Positions 11,451-24,728 of a DNA stretch of 64,000 nucleotides are shown here, in pieces (the stretch's first letter is position 1; every line of letters begins with the position of its first letter). The position numbers and the translations under genes were made by a program. The notes under the pieces are model-generated. The model did not search any database. It was not told where the DNA came from and saw only the letters and a program-made list of their open reading frames with translations. This DNA is from Camelus ferus (Eukaryota), in assembly GCF_009834535.1 (NCBI RefSeq), contig NC_045698.1, forward strand, positions 5,954,001-6,018,000, in the 5' to 3' direction.

Positions 11451-13569
11451 AAAATTATTTGAAAGTAACCATAATTCACAGTTTCATTGGCATCCCAAGT
11501 GATTTAAGATGTTTATTTTGGAACACAGTAGCCTTTCCACAGGGCTGGGCTCAGAGCTAGGCTGCAGTTTATGACTAGTGTAAGACAATTTATGCTGTAG
11601 TATTTTGTGCTATTATGTGCCGCTTTGAATTTATTACATCAGAGACTTTCAATCGGATTTCTTTCTTAAATTTTAAAATTCACAAAATGTGAGGAAAGAA
11701 CAAAACCTTTTTGCACTGTGCAACTGCTACCAATTTCATCTCAGAGATTCCTCTGGGTACCTACAGAAAAGCTGGAGCGCATTTGAGAGATGTAGTCATG
11801 TATTGGACATCAGGCACACTCCAGGACGTCAGACTCAGGGTCGAGCCAGCCAGCCAGGGGTGTACCTCTGTTGGATCCCAAAGTGGATGGGAGGTGTCTC
11901 TGTGCAACTCAATCTGGTGTCACGATATTTCAACATTAACCATGTAAAAGTTATTTTGATTTTCTGCTGATGTTTACTTAACTGACAATAGCTGTATTAC
12001 AACAGAAAGGAGTTCTCTGGAAAACTGAAGATTTAATAGGAAATTTTTATTAAATGCATCATTTTGATTTGCAACCTTATGATGAAGTTTTTAAAAAATC
12101 ACCTTCTACATTTGGATTGCCCATATGTTTCCTTAATAAGTTGCAATAAAAATAGAATTTAAAGAGCATGAAGCATCCCATCACTTTTATCTTTCATTTA
12201 ATTAAGCTTTTCTCGCTTCATAAATCATATAATCCTACTTATATGGATCATGGTATAGGTGGCTTTTCCTTAGATTTGTTGAATGTTATTGTCTTTTTAA
12301 TATGCTTTTTTGCATATTGTCAAAAACTACTTATGTGTCAGCTGTTCATTCTCATTGTATTTTAAGCACACTCATGTCATTTTATGATCATCAAGAAGCT
12401 TAATATGTCAGCATAGAGAAATTTTGTATGGGCGGAATAGGAGAGTGTAGTTTGAATGGAGGACGGAATATATAACCATTCCAGATATCGTGTTCTGACC
12501 TCTGCTGACTAGAGGTTGGGGCTGAGATAGAATTGAGGCAGGGACAAGAATTCCACCAGTCTTTGGCTGATCCTGAGCTCCTGTGGGTGACGTAAGAGAG
12601 ATAAAGTTATTCCTACAATTCATGAAACCTGATTTATATTCAGGCGCATGACCCCCAAGGAAACAGAGATGGGGTACATTTTTATTTGGATTTATGTTTG
12701 TCAACATATTCTCTGAGTAAACAATAGAATTACTCTAGGCAGTCTTACTTTTCAGACTTCCTAAAGAGTTTTCTGTTTCCTTCTTTTTTTTCCTGCTATG
12801 GAGTGTGTGTGTGTAAATGAAAATTGGGGGGTTTAGGAAATGTACTTTCTTATATAGGTATATATAGATTTGCCTTTCTTTATATTTACAAACCACTGAA
12901 GTTGAGGTAAGTTGCTTGTTGTAAGTACTGTTTTAATTTTTTAACATTAACTGGAAATTCAAAAAGCTTATAAAAATACCAAGGCAACTAGTGTCCCCAA
13001 AGTCAATTTCTCTTGCTTAGATTTCAGTAAAACAGCAATATGCACTTTCTAAGTTTAGTCTGTGCTTTAAGGCAGAGAAAAGCAACAGTGCCGAGGAATC
13101 CTAGCTGGCCCAGGAGGTTAGCGAAGGGTTGTTGGTTGCACCTCTGCAAGTAACCGGTTTGGTTTAGTCCAGGGTGGCAGTAGGTCAGTGACAGGTCCAA
13201 ACCATTTCAGCTCAGTAGCAGTTTGCATAGTTCCTGTGTTCTCATCTCTCTGTGTCATCGAGCTCTCTTTGCTCTTTCTCGTCATCTGTGCACAGGAGAA
13301 ATTCAGGTGGGAATGGTACCACAATATCCAGAAACTAAGCATCCACTACTAAGACCTTTTGGAGGCTGAATGTTGCCTGAAGCTATTATCATGAAATAAT
13401 TCCTGAAAGGTGAAAGGAAACCCACCATTTTATTAAAGTTTTTGTTTTTTAATCATATTTGTCTTCAAATCCAGGATGAGACATTTTTGGGGGTCAACTT
13501 TCAATAATAAAACTAAGAAAACATGACCACTAAATTGATTTATTAGGCTTTTTTGTTTGTTTTTACCTT

Positions 13570-13740
13570 TGAATTTTAATAGCATGTTGAAATATACTCT
13601 ACATACTGTGCAATTCACTCATTTAAATATACAACCAAATGTTTTTTAATACTTTCATGGTGTTGTGCAACCATCTCTAAAATGTAACATTAAAATATTT
13701 TCATCACTTCCAAAGAAACCCTGCACTAATGAGCAGTCTA
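13570..13740 (-). mobile_element. L1MB-type 3' end
   Basis: 'caattcactcatttaaatatacaac...gttgtgcaaccatc...aatattttcatcacttccaaagaaaccctgcac'. Confidence 0.7.
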
Positions 13741-13924
13741 TGATATTTTATTTAAACTCCACTCATTTCTGTTAGCATTTGTTCCATTTCTGAAATAATA
13801 TATTTTAAAATCTATCAAATAAGATATTGATCCAATATTCCCAGACACTCTAATTCTATTGGTATATGGGTTGTAGATATACCAGCAACATCTAATTCAA
13901 AGTCAATAATCCAAACAAATAATA

Positions 13925-15815
13925 AAATGGCAGATCTCAATGTTAAAATGCTAAGAATTAACTTAAAAGTAAATTTCAAGACCTGCAGAAATTGTCAGAA
14001 TGAATTAAACCAATTAATAACTCACTCAACTATACACTGTCTAGAAGAAACTTCAAAGATAAAGATACATATAAGAAAAAAGGGAAACAAATTAGAAGAA
14101 GATAAGCCACATAAAAACTAAGCAAACAAAAGCTGAGGTCCAGGCCAATTAGACTCCGGGAAGAAAACATTCTAGGAACAAAGAAGGACATTAGATAGCA
14201 ATTAAAGTGCTAGTCAACAAAAAGACATAACAATCCTAGAAGCATAGGTACCAAACAATAAGGGTTCAAAATACATGAGGGAAAAACTAACAGAACTAAA
14301 AGGAGAAGCAGATGAATTCACAGTTACATTTGGGCACATTAATAACCCCCCTCTTTATAGTTAACATATTTGGTATAGACTGAAAATCAGGAAGTGTACA
14401 AAAGAACTGAACACCACCACTGACAAATGAAATCTACTTGACATTTATAGAACCCTCCAGTCAACAACAGAAAAATACACATTTTCTTCAAGTGCCCAAG
14501 GAATATTCACCAAGATAGTCTTTACCCTGGTTCATAAAATAAACCAAAAGAGTTAATAAATACGAGAAATCCTAAAAGTAGAATTCATAAAAGTATGTCC
14601 TCTAACCACAATGCAATTTAATCAGAAATCAGTCACAGAAAGATGGGAGGAAAACCATCAAAGGCTTGAAATTTAATCAACATACATCTCATAATCTGTG
14701 GGCGAAAGAGAACGTCTCAAAGGAAATTTGAAAAATGTATATACTGAACTGAATGAAAATAAAAAAAAACATATCAAAATATGTGGAAATCAAATGATGT
14801 TTTGCTGAAGGGGAAAGTTACAGTACTTGCAAACAAAGAAAAGCCTGAAATCAGTTATTTGACTTAATAGGAAAGAACAAGAACAAAATAAATTAAAAGC
14901 AAGAAAATAAGAGCAGAATCAATAAAAAATGAAAACAGAGAAGTAGAGAAAAATCAGTGAACCAAAACTGGTCCTTTAAAAAGATCAGTAAAGCTGATAA
15001 ACCTCTAGCAAGACTGATAAAGAAAAAAGAGAACACTCAAGTGACGAATATTTGTAACAAAGAGTAATTATCACTACTGATCTCACAGACATCACAAAAA
15101 TAAGAGAACACTACAAATCGCTCTGCACAGAAATTTGACAACGTAGAGGAAATAGATCAATTCTTTGAACAGTGCAAACTGTCAAAACTCACCCAAGATG
15201 GACCAAATAATCTGAATACTCCTACTAACATAATGGAAATGTAATTAGTAGTTCAGAACTTTTCAAATAAGAAATTATCAGGCTTAGGTAGTTTTGCTGG
15301 TGGAGTCTACGAAATTTTAGAGAAGAAATAACAACTCAATATCATTCCTTCCTGAAAATAGAAAAATTGCCTCCAAAATTATTGTTTGAGTACTGCATTT
15401 TCCTGATGCCAAAACCAGGCAAAGACATCACTTTGGAAAAGAAAGAAAGAAAATTATAGACCAACATTCCTCAAGAGCGTAAACATAAAAATCCTCAACA
15501 AAATATTAGCAAACTGAATCTAATTGTATATAGAAAAAGTGTACCTCCCTGCCAACAAAGAGGGGTGGTTTTTTCCTGGGACAAAAGGAGAGCCTAGTAT
15601 TTTAAAAATGTCAATCAATAGAATTTACCACGTTAATAGTCTAAAGAACAAATACCACATGATCCTATCAATTGATGGAGAAAAAGCATTTGGTAAAATT
15701 CAACATCTATTCTTGATTAAAAAAAATAATAATCTCAGCAACTTAGAAATAAGAGAGAATTCTTTCACCTTGAAAAAAAGCATCTACAAAACCCGGCAGC
15801 TAACATCACGTGTAT
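13925..15815 (+). mobile_element. Degenerate L1 ORF2 (endonuclease to start of RT), ancient L1M
   Basis: A-rich sense strand; ORF 15524-15820 contains INRIYHVNSLKNKYHMILSIDGEKAFGKIQHLF (cf. HMIISIDAEKAFDKIQHPF); 'tacacattttcttcaagtgcccaaggaatattcaccaagatag' is endonuclease-like; many stops and frameshifts. Confidence 0.9.
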
Positions 15816-15819
15816 GTTG

Positions 15820-16715
15820 ACAGGTACAGGTACCAAGGAAAAGAGCTCTGGATGGCCAGTGCTGCAACAATTTGGGCAAAATAAATAAATAGATAAAGTA
15901 TTATTAAACTACAAACCAAAGTATAAAGTAAATACCAGTAAGTCCATACTAATATAATAATGAAATAAATTAATAAATGAGGGAGAAGAGAGCAACTTTA
16001 CGTGAAGAAGAATGCTGAATAATTTTTCTAGATTTTTCATTCTCAAGAAGGGAGATCACAACCCCTATTCCTTAGGTATGGGCTGTGCATGGTGGCTTCC
16101 TTCAAGTACCTTATGGAAAGGGTGGGGGAATCACTTGACTGGGAGGAAGCCTGCAGACACCACCTCCACCAGGAATCAAGGTCAAAATCAGCAGTGATGA
16201 GCTGTATTAATAATATGTGCCCCTGACGTCATGTGATAAAAATGGCACTTAACCTCTGTGGTTTTCCTCCCCCAAAATCCATAATCCCAGTTTAATCATT
16301 AGAAAAATATCAGAAAAATTCAGTCCAAGGACATTCTCTAATAACTCACCAGTACTTTTCAAAATGGTCAAAGTCATCGACATCAAAGAAAATCTGACAA
16401 ACTTTTATAGCCAAAAGTAGTCTCAGGGCAAATAACAACTAAACACAGTGTAGTATTCTGGATGGGATCTTAGAACAAAAAAGTGTATTAGGTAAAACTA
16501 AGAAAATACGAATAAAATATGGGCTTTATGATTTTACTGATATTTTAAAATAACACGTCAATATTGGCTCATTAATTGTAGCCAATGAACAATAGTCATA
16601 TAAGGTATTAATAATAGGGGAAACTGGGTGTAGGGTAGATGGGATCTCACTGTAATATCTTCTCAAACTTTCTGTAAATATAAAACTGTTCTAAAAACTA
16701 AAACTGACTTAAAAT
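15820..16715 (+). mobile_element. L1MC/L1MD-type 3' UTR
   Basis: 'aatcaaggtcaaaatcagcagtgatgag...ctctgtggttttcctccccc...tattctggatgggatcttagaaca...aataggggaaactgggtgtagggta...ttctgtaaatataaaactgttctaaaaa'. Confidence 0.8.
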
Positions 16716-16719
16716 CAAC

Positions 16720-17885
16720 TACTGCATTTCACCATCTTATGAGAATAAAACAGGAAAAAACATAATCTTGTAAGGTATGCATAAAAATAATTTTACAATA
16801 TCCAACAACCATTTATGATGAAATCTCTCAGCAAAATTGGAATAGAAATTAACTTCCTCAGTCTGATAAAGAGCACATCCAAAAGCCCCTACAACCAGCA
16901 TCACATCTAATGATCAAGTTTGAACGCTTTCTTACTATGATCAAGTATAAGACAAGATGTAGTTCTTACTTCCATTACACATTAAAACAAGAGGTGGACC
17001 AAAGACTTTTAATAGATATTCCACAGAGCAATACATATGAATGGCCAATAAACCCATTAAAAAGTTGTCAATCTCATTTGTCATTGGGGAAATCCAAATT
17101 AAATTTGGAATGAGATAACATCTCACACCCAAAAATGACCACCAAAACGGCTAAAATTTAGAAGACTTACAACACAAAATGTTGATGAGAAATGGGACAG
17201 CTGTTACCCTCATGCAATGTTAGTAGGAATGTAATGTGGTACACACACTTTGAAGTGTTGTGGAGTAGAAAATATTCTGATGGTTTCTTAAAAAGCCAAA
17301 CATATACATTTTCTAAAACCCATAATTCTAATCCTATTTATTTAAGAGAAATGAAAACATGTTTATGAAAAGACTTGCCCAAGAATGTCCATAGCAGCTT
17401 TATTTACAATTGTTAAAAACTGGAAAACACCCCTGGTATCCATCAGTAGATGAATGGATAAATAAACTTTGGTACCTTCCTACAATGGAACATTACAGTA
17501 AACACGAAAAAATGTGTGATCCGTGCAGGAACACAGATGAATCACAAAAACCTGTTAGACAAAATGCCTTATACACAGTAGAATATGTGCATTTCCTTGT
17601 GTATAAATTTTATGTAGTATCTATAAACAAATATTGAAATCTAGTTCATGGTATACATATTGAAACATTTAAAGGGTTGTATACTGATGTCTGCAGTTTG
17701 CTTTGAAGTGCTTCAGAAATGGATTAAGTGATTACTATCTGGATAGACAGGTTCATAGATAAGTGATGAAGCATGTATAATAGAATGGCAATGGCAAATT
17801 CTCGGTGGTAGGTATTTGGATACTCATTATAAATACCTTTCAATGTTCTGTCTTTGAAATTTTTCAAAAATAAATCTCCGAAAAA
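16720..17885 (+). mobile_element. Second, internally deleted ancient L1 (ORF2 pieces and 3' UTR)
   Basis: RT-region piece at 16720-16930, then ORF2 C-terminus (KTGKHPWYPSVDEWINKLWYLPTMEHYS), then L1M-type 3' UTR. Confidence 0.8.
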
Positions 17886-18956
17886 TTACTGTTCTTTATA
17901 AAGATGTCATTTTCCCACCAAAGCAAAAAATAGGCTGATGCAGAAATTGGTTTAAATCAGCTCATTCCATCTTAATAAGTTCACTGAGCCCATTGTTTGT
18001 CATTTTTTATTTTTATATTTTATATTCATAACTTTTCCTATTTCTCCTTACTGCTGCAAGCCAACAATGGAATTATGTGCTCCTAAAGACTGTGATATCT
18101 CAAGAGACTTCAGACTAGCAAACTTAATTTCAGAGAAGGCTCTTATTGACTGACCTATATTTATGTGCAGTGTGCATGGTGGGTAGAGCATACAAACACC
18201 AGTAATCCCCCACCAGGATGCATATTTTAATAACTGCTTTAAGGGAGCAAAGGCTTACAGGGTCTGCTCCCAGCATGTTCCTTACTCCAGGGTCTTAGCT
18301 AAGTTTTAAACCCTGAATACAGCAAAGAGGCTATATCTTACCAGAGTGCTGTGAAATCACTCATGTACTGAAGTTAACAGTATCTGTTTTCTTCATATGC
18401 TATCTTCTCAGCCAGCACATAGTATCCATGCCCTTGGAATCAAAGTGGATAAGTTTTACACAACTGGACAGAAAAGGTAGTTTTATATGATATTCTTTGA
18501 AGTTGAGTTGAGTTAGGATGTTCTAAAAGGGATAGTCCAGGAAGGCATACGATGGCGGGGCAATGAGACATAGGGAACTAAAGGATAGAAGGATTGACCC
18601 TGCCATGGGCTCTGCCATGACTCACATTCCTCAGTAGGAACCTGTGGGAGCAGCCCCACGGCTCTATCTGTGGGATCATCTCATCCTGTTCCCGCACAGC
18701 CACTCTGACATGGCGGCATCAGCAGGTTTAATCTGAATTTTAGATGTTCTGGGCACTTGGTCAAGAAGTGAATCTGTGTGGGCACTGAGAAGCCGAGCTT
18801 TGGTTATCTCAAGGAAGGGTAACCACATGCAGTGTGAAGGTGGCTGCTAGGGTGCGTCTGGCAACACAGTGATCGCCGCAGTCCTGTCTCAGCCCTGTGG
18901 AAAGGAGTGGGGCTGTAAAGAAAAACACATCAACTGAGGAAAAAAAAAAAAAAGAT

Positions 18957-19336
18957 TGTATATTAGTTAGCTAGGCTGCAGCAACAAAGTATCGTAGGCT
19001 GGACAATTTAAACAACAGACATGTGTTTTCCCACAGTACTGAGGCTGGAAGTCCAAGATCAAGGTGTTGGCAAGGTTCATTTCTTCTGAGGCCTCTCCTT
19101 GGTTTTCCGATGGCTGTCCTCCCCCTGTGTCTTCGCGTCGTCTTCGCTCTGTGAGTGCCTGTGGCCTAATTTTCTCGTCTCATAAGATCACCAGTCATGC
19201 TGGATTAGGGCGCACCCTAACATCCACATCTGAACTTCACTGCTTTTTTAAAAACCCCAAATGCCATCACCCACTGCGTCTTGGAGGTCGGAATCGCTCA
19301 TGTGAGTTTTGGAGGGACACAATACAGCCCATAACA
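18957..19336 (-). mobile_element. ERVL-MaLR solo LTR (MLT1A/B-like)
   Basis: TG...CA ends; 'tattagttagctaggctgcagcaacaaagt...gaggctggaagtccaagatcaaggtgttggca...ggagggacacaatacagcccataaca'. Confidence 0.9.
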
Positions 19337-19599
19337 AAGTCCTTTTCCTCTGGCTGTTGTGCAAATGTTGAGGCAAGAATGTGTCATTTTAATAAACTGT
19401 AACATGCAAGAAAGGGAGAGGTGCTTTCGTACTTTGCAACAGACCCCTCTGCATCCTTTACTTTTTTAGTGATGGGGGAGCAGGCTTGCTTGTGAGCACA
19501 AGGATGCTGTGCCTCCCTAGGTCTCCAGGTGAATGCTTGAGGGGTGTGCTGGTTGCACGACATTCGCTTTAATGTTTACTTATCTCCTGCGCTACACTG

Positions 19600-20042
19600 T
19601 GACATAGTGCCAACTCCAAGAAGTTCCCTCGTCATCCGCTTTCCCTTTCAGTTTGACCACTGGGAGTCACTCCCAGGAGACTGAAAAGGAGACACGTAGT
19701 AACCAGAGTATTTCTACGCCCACCTCTCTGCCCGGGGTAGTGTTTCCAGCTGTAGCCTCGTTACTGCTCCAGCTCCTGCTGAAAGCGCTTAGCTCCAGGG
19801 TTCCAGTTTCTTCTGGGCTGCCCGCAGTATACGTCCATCCTGTCAATATGTCCCTTGCTTTTGGTTACTCCAAACACTACCTCTTCCCAATGTTGGGCTG
19901 ACAGCTCCTTCATGCAGTTAAACTGCCACTCTGGCCTGCTTGCCTTCTCACTATCACCTATGTGACAAATCCTTTTATTAAACTCCCTGTATTTAGAATA
20001 ACTGGGGTGGTTTTTGCTAGACTGCCTGGGGCCTGACTGGTA
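19600..20042 (+). mobile_element. Probable ERVL LTR (LTR33/LTR16-like)
   Basis: 3' part 'ttttattaaactccctgtatttagaataactggggtggtttttgct...cctgactggta' resembles ERVL LTR termini. Confidence 0.45.
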
Positions 20043-20180
20043 TGGTGGTCATCTATCGAGGGCTTGCTTCCACAATCAAGTGGAGGTGAGAGCCAGTGGA
20101 ATTTGGGCTGTTACTATTCATGTGCCCCCATTTGTACAGATACTGTGATTCCTGTAGGAAAGCTCAAGGCATATGAGATC

Positions 20181-20716
20181 ATGTCTTGGTTATTGCTGTT
20201 AGCAAACCCCTTAGACTTAACGGTTTAAAATACCATTTATTTACACGTGATTCTGCAATGTGGGCGAGGCTAGAGGAGAAAGCAGTACTCTGCTCTATGC
20301 GGTGTCACCTGGGTGGCTCAGCTGGTCTCTAGGATTTATTTCCAAGATGGTCTCAATCACATGGCTGGCAAGTTGGTCTCTTTTTTGGCTTCTGCTATTT
20401 GTGGGGGCCTCGTTTTCCTCTGTGTCCTCTCCCCATCATTCACAGCCTGGCAATCCTGAGGAACTTGGAAGTCTTACCTGGAAGCTGGCTTATCTCAAAG
20501 CACAAGAGTCAAAGTTGACAGATGGCTGTGCTTGGAAGTTCCAGACCATCAGTTCTGTCACATTCTGTTGTTTAGAGCACTCAAGGGCTGGCTCAGATTC
20601 CTAGAGAAGGAAATAGATTCCTCTTTTGACAGGGGCTGGAAGGGACAAGAGACCATTGCAAAGAACATATGTGATGAGAAATAGAGTTGTTGCCATTTTA
20701 TTAACAATCTACCATA
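20181..20716 (-). mobile_element. Old MaLR LTR (MLT1 family)
   Basis: 'agacttaacggtttaaaataccatttattt...ttccaagatggtctcaatcacatggctggcaagttgg...gccattttattaacaatctaccata'. Confidence 0.75.
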
Positions 20717-23124
20717 TCTGGTACAGGTTTTAATATATTCATTATATCCTGTTCCTCACAGGTTTTTTGACCAAAGGGATACAAAGCTGCAAGAAAGCCA
20801 GCTAAGCAAAGATGCAGAAACTTAGCCTCCTAATGCATGTCTGCATTCTTCCCATCTCATGTCTCCTTATTCTTGGCTCCTCAAATTCACCTCTTGCTGG
20901 GCTCAACAACATTTTGCCTCAACTTATAAGTTAGACATTGAGATGCATTTGCTTTACCTTAACCTATATGTATAATAGTAATTTAGATTTTTTTTTTCAC
21001 TTGTAGAGTTTCTCTCTTCTGTCATCTTTTCATTGCACTTACTTTTTATTAGCTTTTCCCTGTGGCCATCAGTGTTACCCCTTTCCTGAGTCATGCCTTA
21101 CCTGTTTTTCTAACCAAGAAGAGGCACATCTATATACTATGGAAACCATTCATTGAATCCCAAGTCAAAAAGTGGGGATGGGAGGTGAGGGGATGTCAGA
21201 GTTTTTGAAGGCCAAGGATTATATCATGTACATTAATTGATGAAGTTAAGGGATATTGTTAGTCAATTAAAACAACCTATAAATTGGCTCAAAATTTCCC
21301 CAGGCTTCCCAAACTTCCAACAAGTCCAGTCATACCTGTAAGATCATTATAAGGGTCATCAGTTTCTCCTCATTTCTCTTGATAAAGAGGATTTGTGTCT
21401 GCCAACAGTCGAACTCCCTTAAATATTCTTCACAAATCACTTTGGACTTGTCGTGCACATGAAAAAGTATTTTAAAAGATGTAAGAGGATTTCTTTCTTA
21501 TCTTAGGAAAGACCACATTTAATGGGTTAAAGTTTGGAAATAATAAACATGCAAGATGTGAAACAGCAGTTTTTCCTACTTTCCAGTCTTTGCTCCTTCT
21601 TTGTCATCTATTTTTTGCCCTGTCACAAAAATGGTGATCGAATGTTTCAAGTTCACCTCTTCTCTTTTTGTTAAAGTGAAGAGAAGTATGAGGAAGGCTG
21701 AGGACCTAGAAGACAATCTTCAAACGTATGATGGGCCATTGGGTAGCCTATTTTTGTCTCTCTGGGTCTCTGCCTCACCACAGTTGCTCTTGTGAGCCTA
21801 TCTGGTTCATTTATTCATGTTCGCAAACATATACACACATACATGAGCACACAAACATTTCTCTTTTCCTTCTCTCTCCTCTTTCAGAGCTTAAATAACT
21901 TTTATCACCTGATTTGTATCTCAGTTTTAGATTTGTAAATTCTCAGACTTCAAGACAACGGTATTTCTTTGCACAGAGAATGAGTTTGACGTCTTCATGA
22001 CCGTGGAAAGGTATTATGCTAGTTTACATGGTGATGAGAGTGGAGGAGAATAAGGGAGAGATTAAGGGGTGAATCAGGGCAAGACAGGGTAGAAAAGAAA
22101 AATAAATAATCTATGCTAGGATCGGTCATAAGCAGAGTAGATCTGGGGTAAAATAGAGAACCTTTCTATTTTCTGCCAAAATCATCACAGGGTGCATCAG
22201 TGGTTTGAAAGTGGCAGACGTGTGAGCAGTAGTCAGGGGAATGTTGTCCGTGATCTAACAGAAACCTTTAAAGATGCTGTGAGAAGCAGAAGGTGAAGAA
22301 ACCAGAGCACTTGGAAAAGAGTTCATAGAGGAGGTGGGATGCAGTCTGATTCCTTAGAAGGAGGAGGAGGGGCAAGGGCCCTCTGGGCAGCTGCCCTGCA
22401 TGTGGAAAGAATGGGGGTCCCTGGAGCAGTATGTGGTTAAGAAGTGGTGGAGATTGTGTGGGCCGGGGACCTCAGGTGCATGCCCTGCGAAGGTGGGGAA
22501 GGCGACTGGGGCTCACACACCCAACAGTCTTCAATAGGCAGAACTGCTCACCACACTGGGAGAGAGAACTGAGGACAACAAGCCTTAAACATCAATGATG
22601 GGGCCAACCACAGACCACTAGAATTTCAGAGAATGGAGGGAAATGGGCTAATGGACTGAGCTCCCTGTGAGGACAAAGGCAGCAAAGCCGAGAAGACCTT
22701 GCCGGTCAGAGTCCCCAGACTTCTCATTTCCCCTCGGAGAGAAGTGATCCAGCTCTCTCTTTGGGGGCACTTGAACAGAAAGCATGCAGTGACAGATCCC
22801 GAAATCCATATTGCCTGGAAATTGAAGAGAGGGGAGAAAGTGACAATTAGCTGAGCAAAGAGACAAGAGCAGAAAAAGCACCTGCCCGTGCCTGCAAGGT
22901 GGCAGCAGAAACAATAGCTTTGATGACAGAGACAGTGGCTGAGAGACTCTGCGTCAGGGCAGCGCTGAGACCCGCAGGGGCCCCGCCTGCATCATCTGTA
23001 CAAATATTAACTCTCCAGCCTGCGATAGAAACTGCAGGAGCTAATAACATTTTATTTTATTACAAAATAAGAGCATACACAGGGACACTGAGAGAAAGCA
23101 CACCAGGCAGTTATTAGAAATCCT

Positions 23125-24728
23125 CACAGCATTAGAGTCTCTTGTTTTGAAAACAGCTGCAAAACTGCAAGGCAAATACCTACAGGCTTCAAAGTAGAAA
23201 TTAAATTTAAGGATCATCACATTCGATCATAAATAACACTATCTTCATATGAAGTTTCTGATGAATCTATTGTAGATGAAGAAGATCATTTTAAAATGAA
23301 TTGTCACGTTATTGAAGATACAGCGATCGCATAAACAGGTATTTCGAATTGTGTGCAAATCATGAATCTGCTTTTGGGCTCTTGTGCCTCATCCACAAGT
23401 TACAGGGAATGCCAGAGGAAATGTTAAAAACATGATCATGTAAATTTACATTTAAAGTTACATTGGTCCACACAAGAACCTGCACATGGATGTTTATAGC
23501 AGCTTTATTCATAATTGCTAAGGCTTGGAAGCAACCAAGATATCCTTCAGTAGATAAATGGATAAATAAACTATGATACATTTAAACAATGGAATATTAT
23601 TTACTGCTAAAAGGAAATGAGCTATGAAGCCATAAAAAGAATGTGGAAGGATTTTAATGCTCATTACTAAGTGAAAGAAGCCAATCTGAAAAGGCTGCAA
23701 GATTCCAACTATACAACATTCTGGAAAAAGCAAAACTGTAGAGACAGTAAGAAGAGCAGTGCTTTCCAGAGGTTGAAGGAAGGAAGGGATGGAGGTGGGG
23801 GAAGGGAGATGGGGCACAGAGGATTTTTAGGGCAGCAACATGATTCTGTATGATACTATAAGGGTGGATTTACATCATTATACATTTGTCCAAGCCCATA
23901 GACTATAGGACATTGAGAGTGAACCCTGACGTTAACTATTGATTCTGGGTGAATATAATGTGTCAGTGTAGGTTCATGGACTGCAATAAATATACCACCC
24001 CGGCAGGGGCTGCAGGTAACAGGAGAATTGTGCATGGAGGGGTAAGGGTTATAGGAAAACTTTCTGCTCAATTTTGCCTTGAACCTAAAGCTGCTATAAT
24101 ATATAAAGTCTATTTTTAAAAATAGCAAAAAGAAATTTAAATTCAAACAAAAAGTTCATAATATTAAAAAAAAATTTCCACAAGATTCTACAGATGTACT
24201 AAAATTTATATTTCAACGTAATTTATCAGAAATGTATCTTCAGGTTTTCACAGCCTATATAATAATCTTCAGTAATGGTTGCATCCACAAAAAGATTCTA
24301 CTTAAAATTAATAATGATCAAAAGTCATTTGTGATCTTACGTATGACAAGAGCAAGTGATGTTGCTGTCAATTATATCAACTGAAAATAAGTTGCTTTGG
24401 ATACTCATTTTGATGACCTACTAAAGGAATTTTCAGAAAAGTAAGCCATAGAAATCTTAAGCCCAATCAAGATACCACGTTAATAAAGGACTATTATTAT
24501 TAATTTATTATATAAAATTATTATAGCAGAATTTTTTGCAATTTATACGTTGCTCATGTATAAAATTAATCCTATTAAATTGTATTAATAAGTTGTATTA
24601 ATAACAAAATATTTCTAAATAAAAAGCCTCCATATTTTAGTGCCTTTAAGTGACTTTTTTCTGGTTTTTTGGACAAGGGACCTCACATTTGATTTTTGCA
24701 GAGTGCACAAATTATGTAGGTGGTTTCA
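23125..24728 (+). mobile_element. hAT-Tip100 (Zaphod-like) transposon 3' half with dead transposase, interrupted by an L1
   Basis: ~24222-24457 translates with a frameshift to LSEMYLQVFTAYII / VMVASTKRFYLKLIMIKSHL*SYV*QEQVMLLSIISTEN / FDDLLKEFSEK, a decayed hAT C-terminal dimerisation domain; terminus 'caagggacctcacatttgatttttgca...caaattatgtaggtggtttc' is Zaphod-like. Confidence 0.8.
23462..24122 (+). mobile_element. L1MC1-like 3' end nested in the hAT element
   Basis: 'gtccacacaagaacctgcacatggatgtttatagcagctttattcataattgc...gaacctaaagctgctataatatataaagtctattttt'. Confidence 0.9.
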
